DNA of 38,107 nucleotides from Rhabdochlamydiaceae bacterium (GTDB lineage Bacteria; Chlamydiota; Chlamydiia; Chlamydiales; Rhabdochlamydiaceae): NCBI GenBank assembly GCA_044226975.1, contig JBGAFY010000001.1, positions 1 to 38,107 of the forward strand, read 5' to 3'. Shown piece by piece: positions 37,158 to 38,107 of this stretch (position 1 is its first letter; each line of letters starts with the position of its first letter). The notes under the pieces were generated by a model. It saw only the letters and a program-made list of their open reading frames with translations, ran no database searches and was not told where the DNA came from. The position numbers and the translations under genes were made by a program.

Positions 37158-37966
37158 GAGGGATTCGATGTAATCGAAAATTGTCACATTCCCATCCCGC
37201 AAAGATTGGGTAATCAATGCGCTAGATTCAGGATTTTGATGTTTAGAAGCAAAAGTGATACTCGATGAATGGAGAAAGCTTTCCACTTCAGCAAGAGTTT
37301 TTTTCTCTTCCTCCTTCATGCCTAATTCTCTCTCCAAAGAAGCAATGCGTAATAGGTTCATCCTATAGAGGACAGAACCAAAACGAACTAAGTGACCCTT
37401 GAGACTTCCAAAACGCCTCATCTTTATTCAGGTCATCTAGAAGAGTGATTGCACCTGCAAGCGCTTCACGGTATTTCCCTTTCAGAAATAAGCAATGCGT
37501 GTTGCGAAAACTTTCGATAATAAGATGATGTGCTATGGGCACGGCGCAAAATATTTTGAACCCATGAATTAGGGATTTCAGATTGGGATCCAGAAACAAT
37601 AAATTTGATTGAAATAGAGGAGCTGCGTAAGTCGTTTGGAGATCGGGAATATCTTGAAGATGTTTTTTAGCTCTTGGGTCGCCAATATTCTCCCTTCGCC
37701 GCCAGGAGAGTTAAGCCATTGTTGGTAAATCTGCTCTGAAGCGTAAAATCTTTCGTTGAGGTTCCAGAACGATTGATCCAGTAACCTATAACAGCTACCA
37801 AGATCAAATTGCGCCCAAAAAAGGTAACAGCTGCTTTCTGTTCGGCGGCCCATTGCACGATACTTTCTCCGTTTAGCCTCAAAGTCAACCCGCGTTTTCG
37901 GACTGCATCGACAATCTCTACGGCCTTCGTGAAGAGCATATGATCCCTTTTGTGAAAGAAGAACAA
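37149..37966 (-). pseudogene. hypothetical helical (TPR-like) protein in four frame fragments
   Basis: Minus-strand fragments chain head to tail: MLFTKAVEIVDAVRKRGL...AAVTFF / WAQFDLGSCYRLLDQSFW...NQIYCF / LDPNLKSLIHGF...FLKGKYREALAGAITLLDDL / RRFGSLKGHLVRF...IESLKK. The first join is at the 6-nt run at 37817-37822. Confidence 0.5.
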
Positions 37967-38040
37967 AGTATTCTATCAAACCCAGGAAAAAAGGCTAATG
38001 ATTATTAAATAGATGAGATTTGTTCTTTAGCAGCCCTTAA

Positions 38041-38107
38041 GAGATACTGTTAACGGATTCAGGATTCGTCGCTTTTTTGAGAATTTTGGCGAATTTTTTT
38101 GGTTTGT
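38041..38107. mobile_element. type A MITE-like element, copy 3 (left part only, cut by the window edge)
   Basis: GAGATACTGTTAACGGATTCAGGATTCGTCGCTTTTTTGAGAATTTTGG matches the termini and subterminal sequence of copies 1 and 2. It is preceded by TTAA. Confidence 0.65.

Noticed and set aside
1-38107. Looked for CRISPR arrays, transposase, integrase or phage genes, toxin-antitoxin pairs and known defence-system signatures
   Set aside because: There are no regularly spaced direct repeats and no ORFs with DDE, tyrosine or serine recombinase motifs, or with nuclease or NTPase motifs typical of defence systems. The only mobile-looking DNA is the non-coding inverted-repeat elements reported above.

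Overview
This 38.1-kb window looks like chromosome from an environmental, amoeba-associated member of the Chlamydiae. I infer that from gene content and order, not from any search. The left third is a conserved housekeeping block: sdhB-sdhA-sdhC and tatD on the minus strand, then tolQ-tolR-tolA-like, tolB, pal, a LysM lipoprotein and murI on the plus strand. As far as I recall, the sdh-tatD-tolQR-tolB-pal order matches the Chlamydia trachomatis CT591-CT600 region. Here the block is interrupted between the tolA-like gene and tolB by a eukaryote-like F-box protein gene, a small secreted-protein gene and a 162-bp inverted-repeat element. The middle holds an orphan OmpR-type response regulator, an NFACT (RqcH/FbpA-like) gene, an MFS transporter, several lipoprotein and TPR membrane proteins, a translationally coupled giant TPR protein plus VIT/vWA-like protein pair, rsmD-coaD, and an 871-aa secreted MORN-variant (YwqK-like) repeat protein. 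The right third is a type II secretion locus on the minus strand. The gspC-like gene, the gspD secretin and one pseudopilin are intact, but gspE, gspF and gspG are broken by many frameshifts. It is followed by arfB, a small membrane protein and another frameshifted gene. Two things are not explained by the ORF track. First, there is a family of miniature inverted-repeat (MITE-like) hairpin elements: three copies with termini GAGACTGTTAACGGATTCAG, a related 162-bp element sharing a conserved apical core, a separate 164-bp foldback with 33-bp perfect arms, and short terminus-like remnants. Second, there are many frame breaks, several exactly at homopolymer runs of 6-7 nt. That pattern argues for consensus errors at the isolated sites, while the density in gspE/F/G suggests real decay or a local low-quality patch. 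I found no rRNA, tRNA, CRISPR array, transposase or integrase. All functional calls come from motif recognition in the translations, and no database search was possible.
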